Source: a virus (taxonomy: Duplodnaviria; Heunggongvirae; Uroviricota; Caudoviricetes). Taken from it: a DNA stretch of 31,069 nt. The stretch's first letter is position 1; each line of letters starts with the position of its first letter. Below the pieces are notes generated by a model. The model had not been told where the DNA came from and did not search any database. It saw only the letters and a program-made list of their open reading frames with translations. Of this stretch, positions 15,755 to 25,945 are shown piece after piece. The stretch spans positions 1-31,069 of the IMG/VR virus record IMGVR_UViG_2778261543_000009; one strand, given 5' to 3'. The position numbers and the translations under genes are program-made.

Positions 15755-17092
15755 TCACGAAAGCTGCATTGTCACATTGATGTTAAAAATGATTTCGACA
15801 AATCCGCGCATCGGCGTATAGGAGGCCGAAAGGCCTGCATAACGCCCGATACCGTAATCATTCGGATTAGTGTTGATATACTGACGGAAAGGCACTGCAT
15901 CGACGACAGGCTGACCGTTGACCAGGCCGTAAGATACGCCCGTATTGAACACCGCCTGTGCGACCTGCTGTAGACGGTCGATCCCGTCCTGGTTGTAGTA
16001 AAGCGGGTTAATTGGGTTATTGCTGCCGTTGATAACCGTGTTGGCGAGCTGCATATCGACATTAATCTGCACCCAGTCCACGGAATACCAGTACGTCATA
16101 TCGTTACCGTCACTGGTAACGCCTTTCACCAGAATCGTGTTGGAGATTCCGCCCTCAGCCCCCGTTTCGACGTAGTTAATATTCTGCTTCGTCATCGTAG
16201 CCAGAATGGAATTTTTGCCCTTGTGGGCGTTTACCGCCTGTAGATAGCGAAATGCCATCGGCGGCACCTTGTTGATTTCTGAAGGTGATGCGGAAACATA
16301 GTTCCACATTACGGCTGCTGCCGCGTTTGTCGCCGGGTACGTATCATCCGCCGTTGCAATAACTGACTTAATACCGGCATAAGGCGAAACGTAATTCGTG
16401 TCATCCGGCGTTTTCGTCAGCACGAAGAAATACTGCATCGCTTCGTTGGCGGTGTGGAGTTTTGCCAGACTGATAAACTCCGCGTTGCCATCCCACGTCT
16501 GCGGTACCAGATAAGCGTAAAAACGCTGGAGCGGATCTTCCATATAAGATTTCAGCGCAGCGATTTCCTTACTGACTCCGCCTTTCTGTACTCCCAGCTC
16601 CAGCAGGTAAATCCCCACTGAATTTCCCTGGGCAAAAAACGTGTTTACTGCCGTCACCAGATTTTCACTGCCAGCAATGGAAAACTGCCCCAGCGTCACT
16701 GGAGAACCGGAAAGCTGAGAATCAGTAATAGTCCAGGTCAGTGTTTTTTCATCCGTGACGGTAGCAGTATATTCGCCATTCCACGCGTCGGGCGAACACC
16801 CGGAAACAACAATTTTCACCTCAGAACTGTTTTCGCGTCGGATGTTGCTCCCTTCCGGAAGCGTCATCGTAACGGTGACGCTTGCCGCAGATCTTCCTGC
16901 GGCAGCCGCCGACAAGCCAGCAATCGGATTTTTAACCAGTTCGTTAATATCCTGATTACGGGTGAGTAATACGGGTTTTCCCGGCTCATGAGTCGTGGAA
17001 CCAAACGAGAGAACCGCAGACATCTGCTGCAAATTCGAGGGAATGGCCCCGATGGTCTGGGACACATTCACCGTGACGATATTAAATCCCAT
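15755..17092 (-). CDS. Contractile tail sheath protein
   Basis: 445 aa; followed by tube, chaperone and tape measure genes in the canonical myovirus order; start overlaps the upstream stop (TAATG at 17092). Confidence 0.6.
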   Translation of the reverse strand: MGFNIVTVNVSQTIGAIPSNLQQMSAVLSFGSTTHEPGKPVLLTRNQDINELVKNPIAGLSAAAAGRSAASVTVTMTLPEGSNIRRENSSEVKIVVSGCSPDAWNGEYTATVTDEKTLTWTITDSQLSGSPVTLGQFSIAGSENLVTAVNTFFAQGNSVGIYLLELGVQKGGVSKEIAALKSYMEDPLQRFYAYLVPQTWDGNAEFISLAKLHTANEAMQYFFVLTKTPDDTNYVSPYAGIKSVIATADDTYPATNAAAAVMWNYVSASPSEINKVPPMAFRYLQAVNAHKGKNSILATMTKQNINYVETGAEGGISNTILVKGVTSDGNDMTYWYSVDWVQINVDMQLANTVINGSNNPINPLYYNQDGIDRLQQVAQAVFNTGVSYGLVNGQPVVDAVPFRQYINTNPNDYGIGRYAGLSASYTPMRGFVEIIFNINVTMQLS

Positions 17093-18036
17093 TATTTAAC
17101 CTCATATTTACAAATAACTTTTTCAATCAACTGCCGGGACATTTCCCGGGCGGTGCTCTGGTAGTAATTCACGTCAAAATCGACAATCTTTTTCTTCGCC
17201 AGAGCGTTGATTTCAACCTGTCCCGACTTTGCGTCCTGAACCACCGGAATATTGGTTACACCAAACTTTTCCTCCTCCAGCGCCCTGTTCACCACCGAGT
17301 CGACAAGATCCAGCGCCATTTTGTTGCTGAATCCGTAAAGCGTCAGGCGAACCGAATCCTGGACTAGCTGGAACCGCTCACCGCCGAAAACAACGGGAGC
17401 CACCTGCAACGGAATACTGTTGCGAACATCCACCGCGATATACGGAGGGCGAAGGTTCTGCGGTACCAGGTAAGACGGATACACGGGCGCGACATCTTTC
17501 ATTTGCAGCCAGATCGGGATGCTGTTGGAGATGATCTGCTCGTCGCTGATATCCTTCTCGCAGTCGATAATCTGAGAACGCATGGTTGGTAAAATCGCCA
17601 TGCCGCGATAATGAAAAATACCCGACTGCTGATAACGGCTCTCCATTCGTGAAAAAGCGAACTGGACGCCTCCGTACTCACCGAGATAGATCGCATCGGG
17701 ATTTTCCACATTAAAATCATCAACCTGCTGAACAGGCGTGAAAATAATGTTGTTCACATCCTTCGAGACAGACTCGTCCTGAATCGCAATAACCTGACGA
17801 TGCAGGCTGCCTTTGATTTTCAGACGAGTTGGTGACTCAATATTCAGGCGACACAGTTCATCGCAACTGATGATTTCCGCATTAACCCAATAGACAAAGC
17901 CATCCAGCGGCAGAACCTGCCGGACATAGAGCCTGAACGTGATTTCCTGGTCTGACGAGATGGTTTCAACTGCGGATTTAAGAACGGACGAGAGCTGCGA
18001 ACTGTGCTGTTCGGCTAATTCCTCAAGACTCGGCAT
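17092..18036 (-). CDS. Hypothetical protein between head and sheath genes (tail completion / head-tail joining candidate)
   Basis: 314 aa; ATG checked at 18034-18036; assigned by position only. Confidence 0.4.
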   Translation of the reverse strand: MPSLEELAEQHSSQLSSVLKSAVETISSDQEITFRLYVRQVLPLDGFVYWVNAEIISCDELCRLNIESPTRLKIKGSLHRQVIAIQDESVSKDVNNIIFTPVQQVDDFNVENPDAIYLGEYGGVQFAFSRMESRYQQSGIFHYRGMAILPTMRSQIIDCEKDISDEQIISNSIPIWLQMKDVAPVYPSYLVPQNLRPPYIAVDVRNSIPLQVAPVVFGGERFQLVQDSVRLTLYGFSNKMALDLVDSVVNRALEEEKFGVTNIPVVQDAKSGQVEINALAKKKIVDFDVNYYQSTAREMSRQLIEKVICKYEVK

Positions 18037-18478
18037 TATTATCTATCCACGCTATAAAGCTGCCCTTAAACAGGCCGCCGTCTATGAATGACGGACGCCG
18101 CTCTCCGGTATATTTGTCCTTAAGCCTGGAGTTAACGCCCAGTAGCGCGGCCTGAGTTGGCACAGGGTTTCCGTTAATCGTCATCCCGGCCATTTCTTCA
18201 GTTTCAAGAAAAATATGGAAAATCTTCCCGGTCCCTTCCAGAAAATGCTCGCCAGGTAGCGGAGCCTTATACTTGAAGTGATTGACCAACTGGTACGCCA
18301 GTTCAGTACCTGCCTCCTGGATAATCTCGTCCTTATGCATTTCCCAGAAGTGCGTAAAAATTTCGTATCGCTCCTCGAGGTCACAGGCTACGTCAAACGT
18401 GGTTTTTCCCGGCTCGTCGCCGTAGTCATACGGCTGGTCGATAACCCCAAAACAAAGTTTCATGGCGTGTAACCCCAT
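18023..18478 (-). CDS. Hypothetical head-tail connector/completion protein
   Basis: 151 aa; an alternative ATG at 18463 would form an ATGA overlap with the upstream stop. Confidence 0.4.
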   Translation of the reverse strand: MGLHAMKLCFGVIDQPYDYGDEPGKTTFDVACDLEERYEIFTHFWEMHKDEIIQEAGTELAYQLVNHFKYKAPLPGEHFLEGTGKIFHIFLETEEMAGMTINGNPVPTQAALLGVNSRLKDKYTGERRPSFIDGGLFKGSFIAWIDNNAES

Positions 18479-18900
18479 ACCGTGCCCATCTGCATCAGCA
18501 CCGCAACAACCTGTCGTCCATACGGATCCTGTAACATCTGCAAATCCAGCAAAGACAGATTACTCAGCGCATCGCTGATGGTGATCGAACCCGATGTCCC
18601 CTGGTCTGCTGCCGCACTGACAAGCCCAGTAGCCAGTTTCCCAAGGTTGAGTTTTTTTCTCAGGTCGGCAAACCACGAGCCGGGAGCGAAATTCAGGAGA
18701 AATGAGGCGGCAGCGTTATAAACCGTTCGCACATAGATGATGGGTAAACGCTCCAGCCCCTGATCGTGAGGGATTAGCTCCATCGCAGACTGAAAGCAAC
18801 ATTCCAGCGTCGGATCATCGTCAGCAATAGCGTGAACCGGTACTTTCATGTCGTCACGAACAAAGCGAATAAACCCCTCCAGTGACGGACGCAGGGTCAT
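18460..18900 (-). CDS. Hypothetical head-tail connector/completion protein
   Basis: 146 aa; ATG at 18900 overlapping the upstream stop (TAATG). Confidence 0.4.
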   Translation of the reverse strand: MTLRPSLEGFIRFVRDDMKVPVHAIADDDPTLECCFQSAMELIPHDQGLERLPIIYVRTVYNAAASFLLNFAPGSWFADLRKKLNLGKLATGLVSAAADQGTSGSITISDALSNLSLLDLQMLQDPYGRQVVAVLMQMGTVWGYTP

Positions 18901-19370
18901 TATTTTTTAACCTTAATATTTCGCTTTGTGCTGGGCGGATTTTCCTGTTCGGTGTTAACCGCTTCCCCGGTGATTTCCATTTCAATACCACCTGGTTGAG
19001 GTTTTTCGCCACTCTGAATCACCGCCTGATCCACTGCGTTATTCAGCGATACAGCGCTGGCTGCGAGAATTTCTTCTGACAGGGATTCCAGATTTTCCGT
19101 TTTCTGCTCCGCGCAATCCTCAATACGACCAACGCTCACAGGTTTATCGATGGAATAGCAGATACCAGAAAAATTCTTGTCCACCTTGTCACAACGCTGG
19201 AATCCGTAAGGCTCATGCTGTCGGATGATGTGGTCGATAATATCGGACTGATTTTCGATCATATGCTGACGTCCGGACGGAATTGTCACACCGAACGACT
19301 GCATTTTTTCGGGGAGTTTGTAGTTGAACGTGTGCGGCTGACGTGAGCAGTTAGCGATGTAGAGTTTCAT
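18900..19370 (-). CDS. Hypothetical head completion protein
   Basis: The track start at 19385 is TTG and lies inside the terminator T-run; the first ATG is at 19370 (MKLYIANCSRQ...), giving about 156 aa. Confidence 0.4.
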   Translation of the reverse strand: MKLYIANCSRQPHTFNYKLPEKMQSFGVTIPSGRQHMIENQSDIIDHIIRQHEPYGFQRCDKVDKNFSGICYSIDKPVSVGRIEDCAEQKTENLESLSEEILAASAVSLNNAVDQAVIQSGEKPQPGGIEMEITGEAVNTEQENPPSTKRNIKVKK

Positions 19371-19383
19371 AAATTTTTCCCAC

Positions 19384-19408
19384 AAAAAAGGGGAGCATTT
19401 AGCTCCCC
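19384..19408 (-). terminator. Intrinsic terminator-like hairpin immediately after the major capsid gene
   Basis: GGGGAGC-ATTTA-GCTCCCC (7-bp stem), followed on the minus strand by a T6 run; located between the capsid stop (19428) and the next gene. Confidence 0.55.
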
Positions 19409-19427
19409 GCGTTATCAGGTTGAACGT

Positions 19428-20456
19428 TTATGCGTATTTGGCAGACAACAGGGTGATCCCCTCAGGGCGGAAGTTCCAGCCCGGCGTCGCGCGCATGGTA
19501 TACAACGTGGTCAGGCCACCATCCGGCATAGGGGATGGTATTTCCGTCGGCGCTGCCATATCACAGAACATCACGTTGACGGCCTGCTGGTTAGGAACCA
19601 GCGTGGAGAAAATATTGGTGTTAATGGTATGACGCGCTTCCGGAACCTCAATCGTCGGGTTCGTAACGATGATCAGGTCATTACCACCAGCGCCTTTACC
19701 GATCAGCGTGTCGTCCTGGCAGAAAATGATGTCGTCGCCTGTCGCCTTATCGGCGACATCTTTAACCATCGTTCCCACCGTTCCGGTACCACCACCAGGA
19801 CGCTGATAACTGGTCAGCTCAACAATTCCTGTCCACTCCAGCGCCTTCATGAATCGCTGTGGGCTCAGAATAACAGTCGTTAATGGCTGCCCCAGCAGCA
19901 ACATGCGGGTTTTCTGGTCAGCAATCAGGCCAAGCATAAATTTAGCCATCTCGCCGGAATCCCAGGTGGTGTATGAATCGTTACCTTTGCTGTCGTTGCC
20001 CAGATTCAGTGTCACTGCATTCGGGGAGTTGGTGATCCCTTCGTTATTCTTCGCTTCAACACCGTACAGCAGCATATTACGCAACATTTGAGCGTGTCCC
20101 TGGCGGTTAGCCAGGCGCAGGCCTTCAATCAGAGAATAGCCCCAGCGATCTGCTGCATCAGTATCGAGATAGCTGTATTGCGAGCGGGAAGAAATTCGGT
20201 AAGTCATCATCCCGTCATAGCCGCCAGAGATACTGGAAGACGGTAACTGGCCCGGCAGAGACTGGCTGACCTGAGCCTGCGAGGTCATGCGCAGATATTT
20301 CTGATAGACCATCAAATCACTGGAACTGATTTTTACTGCCGGAGCACCACCAGCCAGGACTTCAAACGCCCCGGAAGCCATGCTCTGTTGCACGATCATT
20401 TCCGGCAGCACCATTGACGGCGACACAATAGTAGTCGCAGGAGTAAATGCGCTCAT
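19428..20456 (-). CDS. Major capsid protein (Mu gpT-like)
   Basis: 342 aa; strong RBS AAGGGGA; position after the protease/scaffold gene in a Mu-like head module; followed by a terminator hairpin. Confidence 0.6.
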   Translation of the reverse strand: MSAFTPATTIVSPSMVLPEMIVQQSMASGAFEVLAGGAPAVKISSSDLMVYQKYLRMTSQAQVSQSLPGQLPSSSISGGYDGMMTYRISSRSQYSYLDTDAADRWGYSLIEGLRLANRQGHAQMLRNMLLYGVEAKNNEGITNSPNAVTLNLGNDSKGNDSYTTWDSGEMAKFMLGLIADQKTRMLLLGQPLTTVILSPQRFMKALEWTGIVELTSYQRPGGGTGTVGTMVKDVADKATGDDIIFCQDDTLIGKGAGGNDLIIVTNPTIEVPEARHTINTNIFSTLVPNQQAVNVMFCDMAAPTEIPSPMPDGGLTTLYTMRATPGWNFRPEGITLLSAKYA

Positions 20457-20470
20457 TAATTAATATCCCC

Positions 20471-21088
20471 TTAAATTAAAAACAGGCCGCACGGTTTGCC
20501 GATTTCCCAGACAACGTTACCGCCATCCTCTTTTTTCACCGTCAGGTTTCCGTCAACTGAAACCATCAGCAACTTAATATCCACTTTCGGATTAGCTCCG
20601 GGTGATCCCGAATAAACATCAACCATGTTTTTCGTCAGATCCCACACAAAACCACTGGCAGCAACGGTGTTATTTCCATCAGCCAGCGCAACAACTTCTG
20701 CACTGACAGGGAGAGGAATGCGGGCACCTGAGCCAACGCGGTAATAGTGAACAAAGCCACCCGCGAGATATAACGGCACCGGATTATCCGGCGTGGTAAT
20801 GCCATGAAATGCCTGATTAAAGACAGTAAAGGCGTTACAGGCGTCCTTCGTGGCTTGTTTAATTACCGCGCCGTTAACGCTGTCTTTCGCGGGAGCAATG
20901 CACTCCATAACTCCAACGCCACCCCATACCGGTTCAGTGATTTTGCTGTCCAGTCGACCGGAGCAAAGTTGCAGACGAATTGCCGGATCATCCTGCGCAT
21001 CCCCCTGCATCAGCCCACGGGATTCGACGTTAAAAAGGCCACCAAATGCTCCACGGTTTTTAAACGGATGAAAGTTAATATCAGCCAT
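20471..21088 (-). CDS. Hypothetical head protein (between scaffold and capsid genes)
   Basis: 205 aa; ATG at 21088 overlapping the upstream stop region. Confidence 0.4.
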   Translation of the reverse strand: MADINFHPFKNRGAFGGLFNVESRGLMQGDAQDDPAIRLQLCSGRLDSKITEPVWGGVGVMECIAPAKDSVNGAVIKQATKDACNAFTVFNQAFHGITTPDNPVPLYLAGGFVHYYRVGSGARIPLPVSAEVVALADGNNTVAASGFVWDLTKNMVDVYSGSPGANPKVDIKLLMVSVDGNLTVKKEDGGNVVWEIGKPCGLFLI

Positions 21089-22403
21089 TGTTCAGGCTCC
21101 CTTGAGTGTTAATTTTTGCCAGACGACGCCCCGGAATTTTGAAGGCACTCAGCCAGACGTTCGGATCGCCCTGATATTCAGTAATGCGACGCCCGGCTTC
21201 ATCGTTGCGGATACGTTTATGCAGTTGCCCCTGGGTACTCATCATTTCTTTTTCGATGGACTGACGGGCGGCACTGAAAATTGCGTCCTCAAGCACAGCC
21301 AGCGTTGCAGAATCCGCAATCGCGCGAATATTGACGTCCTTATGTGCCGGAGAGTGTTTCTGCATAGCGATTAGCGCACGCTTGCGGTAGTCCAGCGCAT
21401 TTTCACCAGAAAACGGTGCTGGCGCGTTTTTACCGCAGGCACTGAATGCGGAGTCGGCTTTTGCCTGCGCTTCTGCCAGGGCAGAATCATTGCGTTCTTT
21501 TTCTGCCTCCTCGTCGGCCTTACGCTGTTCTTCTGCTTCGGAATCAGCCTTTGCTTTCTCCTCAGCATCTTTAGCTGCTGCCTCGTCAGCTTTGGCTTTT
21601 TCTTCCGCCTCCTTTGCCGCAGCTTCATCAGCTTTACGCTGTTCCTCTGCGGCTTCATTGGCTTTGGCCTTTTCTTCGGCCTCTTTTTTCGCCTGTTCTT
21701 CGGCATCCGCCCGCGCTTTGTCCCGCTGTTCCAGTGAGTCCATGCGCGTAACGACACCATCGATTTTCTGATTAATGCCTTGCAGGGCATCGCTCACAAC
21801 CCCCTGTAACAGGGCCTGGAGTTCTTCTTTTTCCATCTCGATTTCACCTGTGTTTGTCACTTCAACCCCTGCGGGGATCCGGTCTTTATCCCACACGCCC
21901 AGCGAGCCGTGGGCTTTCGTCACCAGGGCGATGTGATCAACCAGGAAAGGAACGCCCTCGATTAAAAAATTGGTGTCACCTTCCTGTACTTCCACATTTC
22001 CTGATGTGCTGTTGAACACCACCGACGGACTTGTCGAAACATCCCCCTCAGTGATTTCTTCAACAATGCTCTGGAGGTAAACGCGGCACACCGCCCATAC
22101 CTCATCACCCCGGATATACGGCAGCATGACGCTACCGACGATCCGCGATTTAAAATCCTCCTCCGTCAGAACTGCGTCGTCAGGATGGTTTGTGATAACC
22201 GGAAGGCCATTGCATCGCCTTAAAAACTCCTCGTTCAGATAGAGCTTTGGATCACGCCAGACGTGCTCTTTCAGCCCGGCGCGATAGGCAAGCCCGGTTC
22301 CGGTTATGCGCAAATTCACCAACCACATGTTGGAGAATTTCACCGGAGACGGTACGGTTCCGTCCCTGATGCGTTCTGCCACTTCAAGCTCGGTTAAACT
22401 CAC
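21081..22403 (-). CDS. Head maturation protease / scaffold protein (Mu gpI/Z-like) with a repetitive Ala/Glu/Lys coiled-coil region
   Basis: 440 aa; N-terminal globular part then tandem AEEKAKADEAAAK-type repeats; GTG start at 22403 with SD GGAGAAGGG; position between the F-like and capsid genes. Confidence 0.55.
   Translation of the reverse strand: MSLTELEVAERIRDGTVPSPVKFSNMWLVNLRITGTGLAYRAGLKEHVWRDPKLYLNEEFLRRCNGLPVITNHPDDAVLTEEDFKSRIVGSVMLPYIRGDEVWAVCRVYLQSIVEEITEGDVSTSPSVVFNSTSGNVEVQEGDTNFLIEGVPFLVDHIALVTKAHGSLGVWDKDRIPAGVEVTNTGEIEMEKEELQALLQGVVSDALQGINQKIDGVVTRMDSLEQRDKARADAEEQAKKEAEEKAKANEAAEEQRKADEAAAKEAEEKAKADEAAAKDAEEKAKADSEAEEQRKADEEAEKERNDSALAEAQAKADSAFSACGKNAPAPFSGENALDYRKRALIAMQKHSPAHKDVNIRAIADSATLAVLEDAIFSAARQSIEKEMMSTQGQLHKRIRNDEAGRRITEYQGDPNVWLSAFKIPGRRLAKINTQGSLNNG
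21500..21715. repeat. In-frame tandem repeats (about 42-nt units) inside the scaffold gene
   Basis: Repeated units of the form GCTTTGGC(C)TTTTCTTC(C/G)GCCTC...GC(A/T)GCTTCATCAGC visible directly; they encode AEEKAKADEAAAK(D/E) repeats. Confidence 0.6.
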
Positions 22404-23217
22404 GTTTGCCCTTCTCCGTTAAAAATTCGTCGGGTAGTTTCTGAGGGGCGTAGATCGGCAGAGCATCGCAACTGCAATAAACCTCCTCCCCGGCAGCAGT
22501 GATTTCGTCATAAAAACCATATACGGGCTTAATAAGCCCCTGCTCCAGCGCCCACGAATCGCGGAGGAGATAAATTTTCTCGTCGCGCTCTTTGTGGTCC
22601 TGTCGGTATTTGTAGCCCGGACGCCGCCAGTTAGAATGCCAGCGCAGAGCAATCGCACCACTCTGAACAGCCAGCAGATACTTAACGTTGCTCGCCAGCT
22701 TATGTCCCTGGTCAATTGCCACCCGGCGACTGATAAAATCCATATCCTTCACGGACTTCTGAAAACCGGACTTCACTTCCCGGCGATCAATTTCGCTCAC
22801 CCCGTCAGGCGGAATGGACGTAACCCATCCCTGAAAACGCTGTATAGTTTTCTCAATAGCCTGTTCGCGGTTGAGTTTTATCAGGTTGGCACTGGCGAAA
22901 ATTCGCCTGTCGAGTTCCTTGCGAAACTCAGGTTTCAGTTTTTCAACAGTGATTTTTTTAGGGCCGTCAGGAGGCTGATCTCGTAATGCCCCGCCGTCGA
23001 TGACAAGACGGCTGTAGATAGCGGTGAGGTGTTTTCTGGCTACGGTATCATCAGGGGTTTCTCGCTGAGCGGCTACACGGAGTTTCCGGCACCATTCGAG
23101 CAATGATTTTTCGCTATCCCACCCGTGATTTACGTAGTAGTTAACGGCATCCGTCAGAACCTCATATAGCGTCCTGATCCGTTTCTTCTTCCTCACCGCC
23201 CGGCTGGAAATTGCCAT
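22384..23217 (-). CDS. Head morphogenesis protein (Mu F-like / SPP1 gp7-like)
   Basis: Start placed at the ATG at 23217 (RBS AGGAGA 6 nt upstream) rather than the track start inside the portal gene; motif WHSNWRRPGYKYRQDHKERDEKIY resembles the F-like minor head protein signature. Confidence 0.55.
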   Translation of the reverse strand: MAISSRAVRKKKRIRTLYEVLTDAVNYYVNHGWDSEKSLLEWCRKLRVAAQRETPDDTVARKHLTAIYSRLVIDGGALRDQPPDGPKKITVEKLKPEFRKELDRRIFASANLIKLNREQAIEKTIQRFQGWVTSIPPDGVSEIDRREVKSGFQKSVKDMDFISRRVAIDQGHKLASNVKYLLAVQSGAIALRWHSNWRRPGYKYRQDHKERDEKIYLLRDSWALEQGLIKPVYGFYDEITAAGEEVYCSCDALPIYAPQKLPDEFLTEKGKREFNRA

Positions 23218-24598
23218 CAGGCGTCTCCTGCTTCGGTGGTTCATAATTCGCCAGCGCGTCCACATCAATGATGAGTGGAGCTTCGCCATAGGTTTGCGTG
23301 GCATTAACAAGGCTTGCCAGCCATTCAGTGACGGCGGCACGGTTTTCAGGATCAACCTGTGGCGACACGGCAGAGAAAAGTGCTATCGCCTGTTGAATCA
23401 CTTTACTGTCGCTTTCCCGGCGTTTGTCCGGCGACTCCTCCACCAGCTCCTGCCATGTCGCGGTAAATTCACGTCGCCACTGGTAAAACGTGGTTTTATA
23501 GTCATCAGTTATGATGTCCGGGTAATCATTTTTCAGCGACTGATAAAATTCCTCGTTCCAGGCGATGTACTGCACCAGGCGTTCGAAATAATCCATCACG
23601 GGTTCAATCTGCTGGCGTACACCATCGATATACTGGCTGATGGCTTTCGAATCTTCGGTCCCCTCACCGAAACCATTCGAAAAGGCTTCCTCTTTGATGA
23701 GGATCGCCGGAACGTCACTCCCTGACGCAATATCGGAAATAATATTGTCGCGTGCAGCGTTTAGCGCACCATCGATGTTTTGTAGATTTAGCGAGGTAAC
23801 GTCCTCATCCTTCCCGATACTAAGCACACCTTTATTTTTTGCCTCTTTGACGTTTTCCCTTTTTCGTCCCGTGGCGGCAGCCATGATCCCGTCAAGTTTC
23901 GAACCGTACTGCACAACTTTAGCTACCAGTACGCCCGCCTTCTGGCTGACGAGATCATTCGCCTCCATCGTGTTGATATAGGATTTCAGGGAATAAAGAA
24001 CGCGCTGAAACACACTTCGTCCGGTGAATCCGAACGATGAACTCTGAAACTCCAGATAAATCGGTGTGCCGTTGAAGATTTTCAGTGTGCGTGACGGATG
24101 CCAGTCTTTCCCACCAATCTTCAGTTTTTTATTGGCTTCCTGGAAAAACGGGCTGTTGGGGTTCTGGTCAGTCACCATCGAACCGGAAGCGTTCAACGGG
24201 TCCCACGCGTTGATATACACGTCATCTTCTGTCAGTCCGAACGTCGGAAGCGGTTCACGACATGGAACGCTGTCGGTGCCCACGCCGATCGCTGCAGCAC
24301 CGTAGCAACGAGACAGAAAAAACAGATTTTTAATCTTCTCGTTGACCTTCATGCGTTCCCATACCTCCTGAAAACGCCTCACAACCCTCTCGTCAGGGTC
24401 TGTCTCCACGTTATACTGGCGCGGCTTACACATCGCCATCAGTATGGGTTTTTCGACAAGTTTTCCGCCCAGAGGATGGAATTGCCACAGCTGCTTACAC
24501 AATTCATAGCCAATGTCGGTTCCCGGCTGAATTTCTTCAGCCTCAAGAATATGCATCAGTGCTGAACCGAGGCCGCCAGTAATCTCGATCTCTGCCAT
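23162..24598 (-). CDS. Portal protein (Mu gp29-like)
   Basis: About 478 aa, directly downstream of the large terminase and upstream of the F-like gene; the first track codon is TTG, the ATG is at 24598. Confidence 0.65.
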   Translation of the reverse strand: MAEIEITGGLGSALMHILEAEEIQPGTDIGYELCKQLWQFHPLGGKLVEKPILMAMCKPRQYNVETDPDERVVRRFQEVWERMKVNEKIKNLFFLSRCYGAAAIGVGTDSVPCREPLPTFGLTEDDVYINAWDPLNASGSMVTDQNPNSPFFQEANKKLKIGGKDWHPSRTLKIFNGTPIYLEFQSSSFGFTGRSVFQRVLYSLKSYINTMEANDLVSQKAGVLVAKVVQYGSKLDGIMAAATGRKRENVKEAKNKGVLSIGKDEDVTSLNLQNIDGALNAARDNIISDIASGSDVPAILIKEEAFSNGFGEGTEDSKAISQYIDGVRQQIEPVMDYFERLVQYIAWNEEFYQSLKNDYPDIITDDYKTTFYQWRREFTATWQELVEESPDKRRESDSKVIQQAIALFSAVSPQVDPENRAAVTEWLASLVNATQTYGEAPLIIDVDALANYEPPKQETPDGNFQPGGEEEETDQDAI

Positions 24599-24616
24599 CA
24601 AAAATATCCTGATTTT

Positions 24617-25945
24617 TTACAACGCCGCGTAATTACCGTGCGCGATAATCAATCCATAGGTATAACAATCGAAAAGGTCATCAGCACGTTTATGCGCGTC
24701 TTTGTCTGCCAGGTGGAACCCGGCGATTTGTTTAATGAGGTGGTTTGCGGTGGTACGTTTGAATGAAACGGTCTTGTCGTAAGCCTCCCGGACGATTTTG
24801 CACATCCCCTGATAGTGGTAGCTGGATGCCATCACCGCCCGTTCGTCTTTACCTTTGCTGGTCAGTGCCGATTTAATCGGCGTCATATCCCAGCCTTCGG
24901 TTTCCGCCTTCTGGTTGAGGATTGCCCCCATCGCGGCGTCTTCCATAAAAATTCCCTGGCTGCCCAGACGCGGACGGCATAATTTCGCGAGGCGCTCGAG
25001 GTTGTCATAAACGCCGGGGATATATTCAGGAAGCAATGACGCTTTAATTTGCGTCACATCCCAGTCAATAATCGTCAGTTTTGGCTCGTCCGAATACGTT
25101 GACTCATAAGCGAAATACACCACGCCAGTACCATCATTTTCGGTCCCGCCTTTCAGCGCCGTATCCATCACTGCGAAAATCATGTCGCAGTACGGCGGCA
25201 TCTCAATTGGTTGACCGTCCACCAGCAGCTTATCGACATCGAGTAACGCGTCTTTGGACCAGTCTACGAACTCTGCAAGATATTCCTGCTGCCAGACGCG
25301 CGGATCGGATTTCTTCTCCGTTTCCTCCAGTTCTTCTTTCGGAATATACGGATTCGATGAAGTTGGCGCATGGTGCATAACAAATCCCAGGGATTCATCG
25401 TGGCATATCGCGTAGAAAAAATTGCTCTCGTCGATACCGTTTGGTGTGGAAAATACCCACGCACAGCCACGGTAATCGACAAGCGTCGGGCGTATCGCTC
25501 GGGGCCAGATTTCCTCGAGCATTTCCGGCGATTTAGTGAATGCGGCCTCATCAATCAGCACAGCGTGATATTTACGCCCACGCCCGGCCAGTTTGTTATT
25601 GTCCGTTACCCAAAAGTCGATGCGCCCCCCATTGCGGAGAATGATGCGCTTTTCATTTTTTGACTGACTGAGGATCAGCGGTTGCAGAACGGCGCTAATT
25701 TCATCCCAGATTTCCTGGTACTGGCGGTATTGCGCGGTAAAAATCCCCACCCTACCCGCGATAAGTTGCCCGGTGGTAGGAACGGCAAATTTCCGCGTAG
25801 CGAAACTGGTAGCGATGTTCACCAGCATCACCGTTTTACCCCAGCGACGACCACAGCATACCGCGTGGAAGCGTTCTTCTATTGCCGCCGTCCATGCAGC
25901 TATTTGCCCCTCATGAGGTTTTGGGAGATAGATTTCAATCGACAT
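24617..25945 (-). CDS. Terminase large subunit
   Basis: 442 aa; N-terminal Walker A-like motif CCGRRWGKT; Asp/Glu-rich C-terminal half consistent with a nuclease domain; followed by the portal gene. Confidence 0.85.
   Translation of the reverse strand: MSIEIYLPKPHEGQIAAWTAAIEERFHAVCCGRRWGKTVMLVNIATSFATRKFAVPTTGQLIAGRVGIFTAQYRQYQEIWDEISAVLQPLILSQSKNEKRIILRNGGRIDFWVTDNNKLAGRGRKYHAVLIDEAAFTKSPEMLEEIWPRAIRPTLVDYRGCAWVFSTPNGIDESNFFYAICHDESLGFVMHHAPTSSNPYIPKEELEETEKKSDPRVWQQEYLAEFVDWSKDALLDVDKLLVDGQPIEMPPYCDMIFAVMDTALKGGTENDGTGVVYFAYESTYSDEPKLTIIDWDVTQIKASLLPEYIPGVYDNLERLAKLCRPRLGSQGIFMEDAAMGAILNQKAETEGWDMTPIKSALTSKGKDERAVMASSYHYQGMCKIVREAYDKTVSFKRTTANHLIKQIAGFHLADKDAHKRADDLFDCYTYGLIIAHGNYAAL

Noticed and set aside
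21371-21790. 139-aa Lys/Arg-rich minus-strand ORF and 93-aa plus-strand ORF (21490-21771) overlapping the scaffold repeat region
   Set aside because: Alternative-frame and antisense readings of the tandem repeats; low-complexity products.
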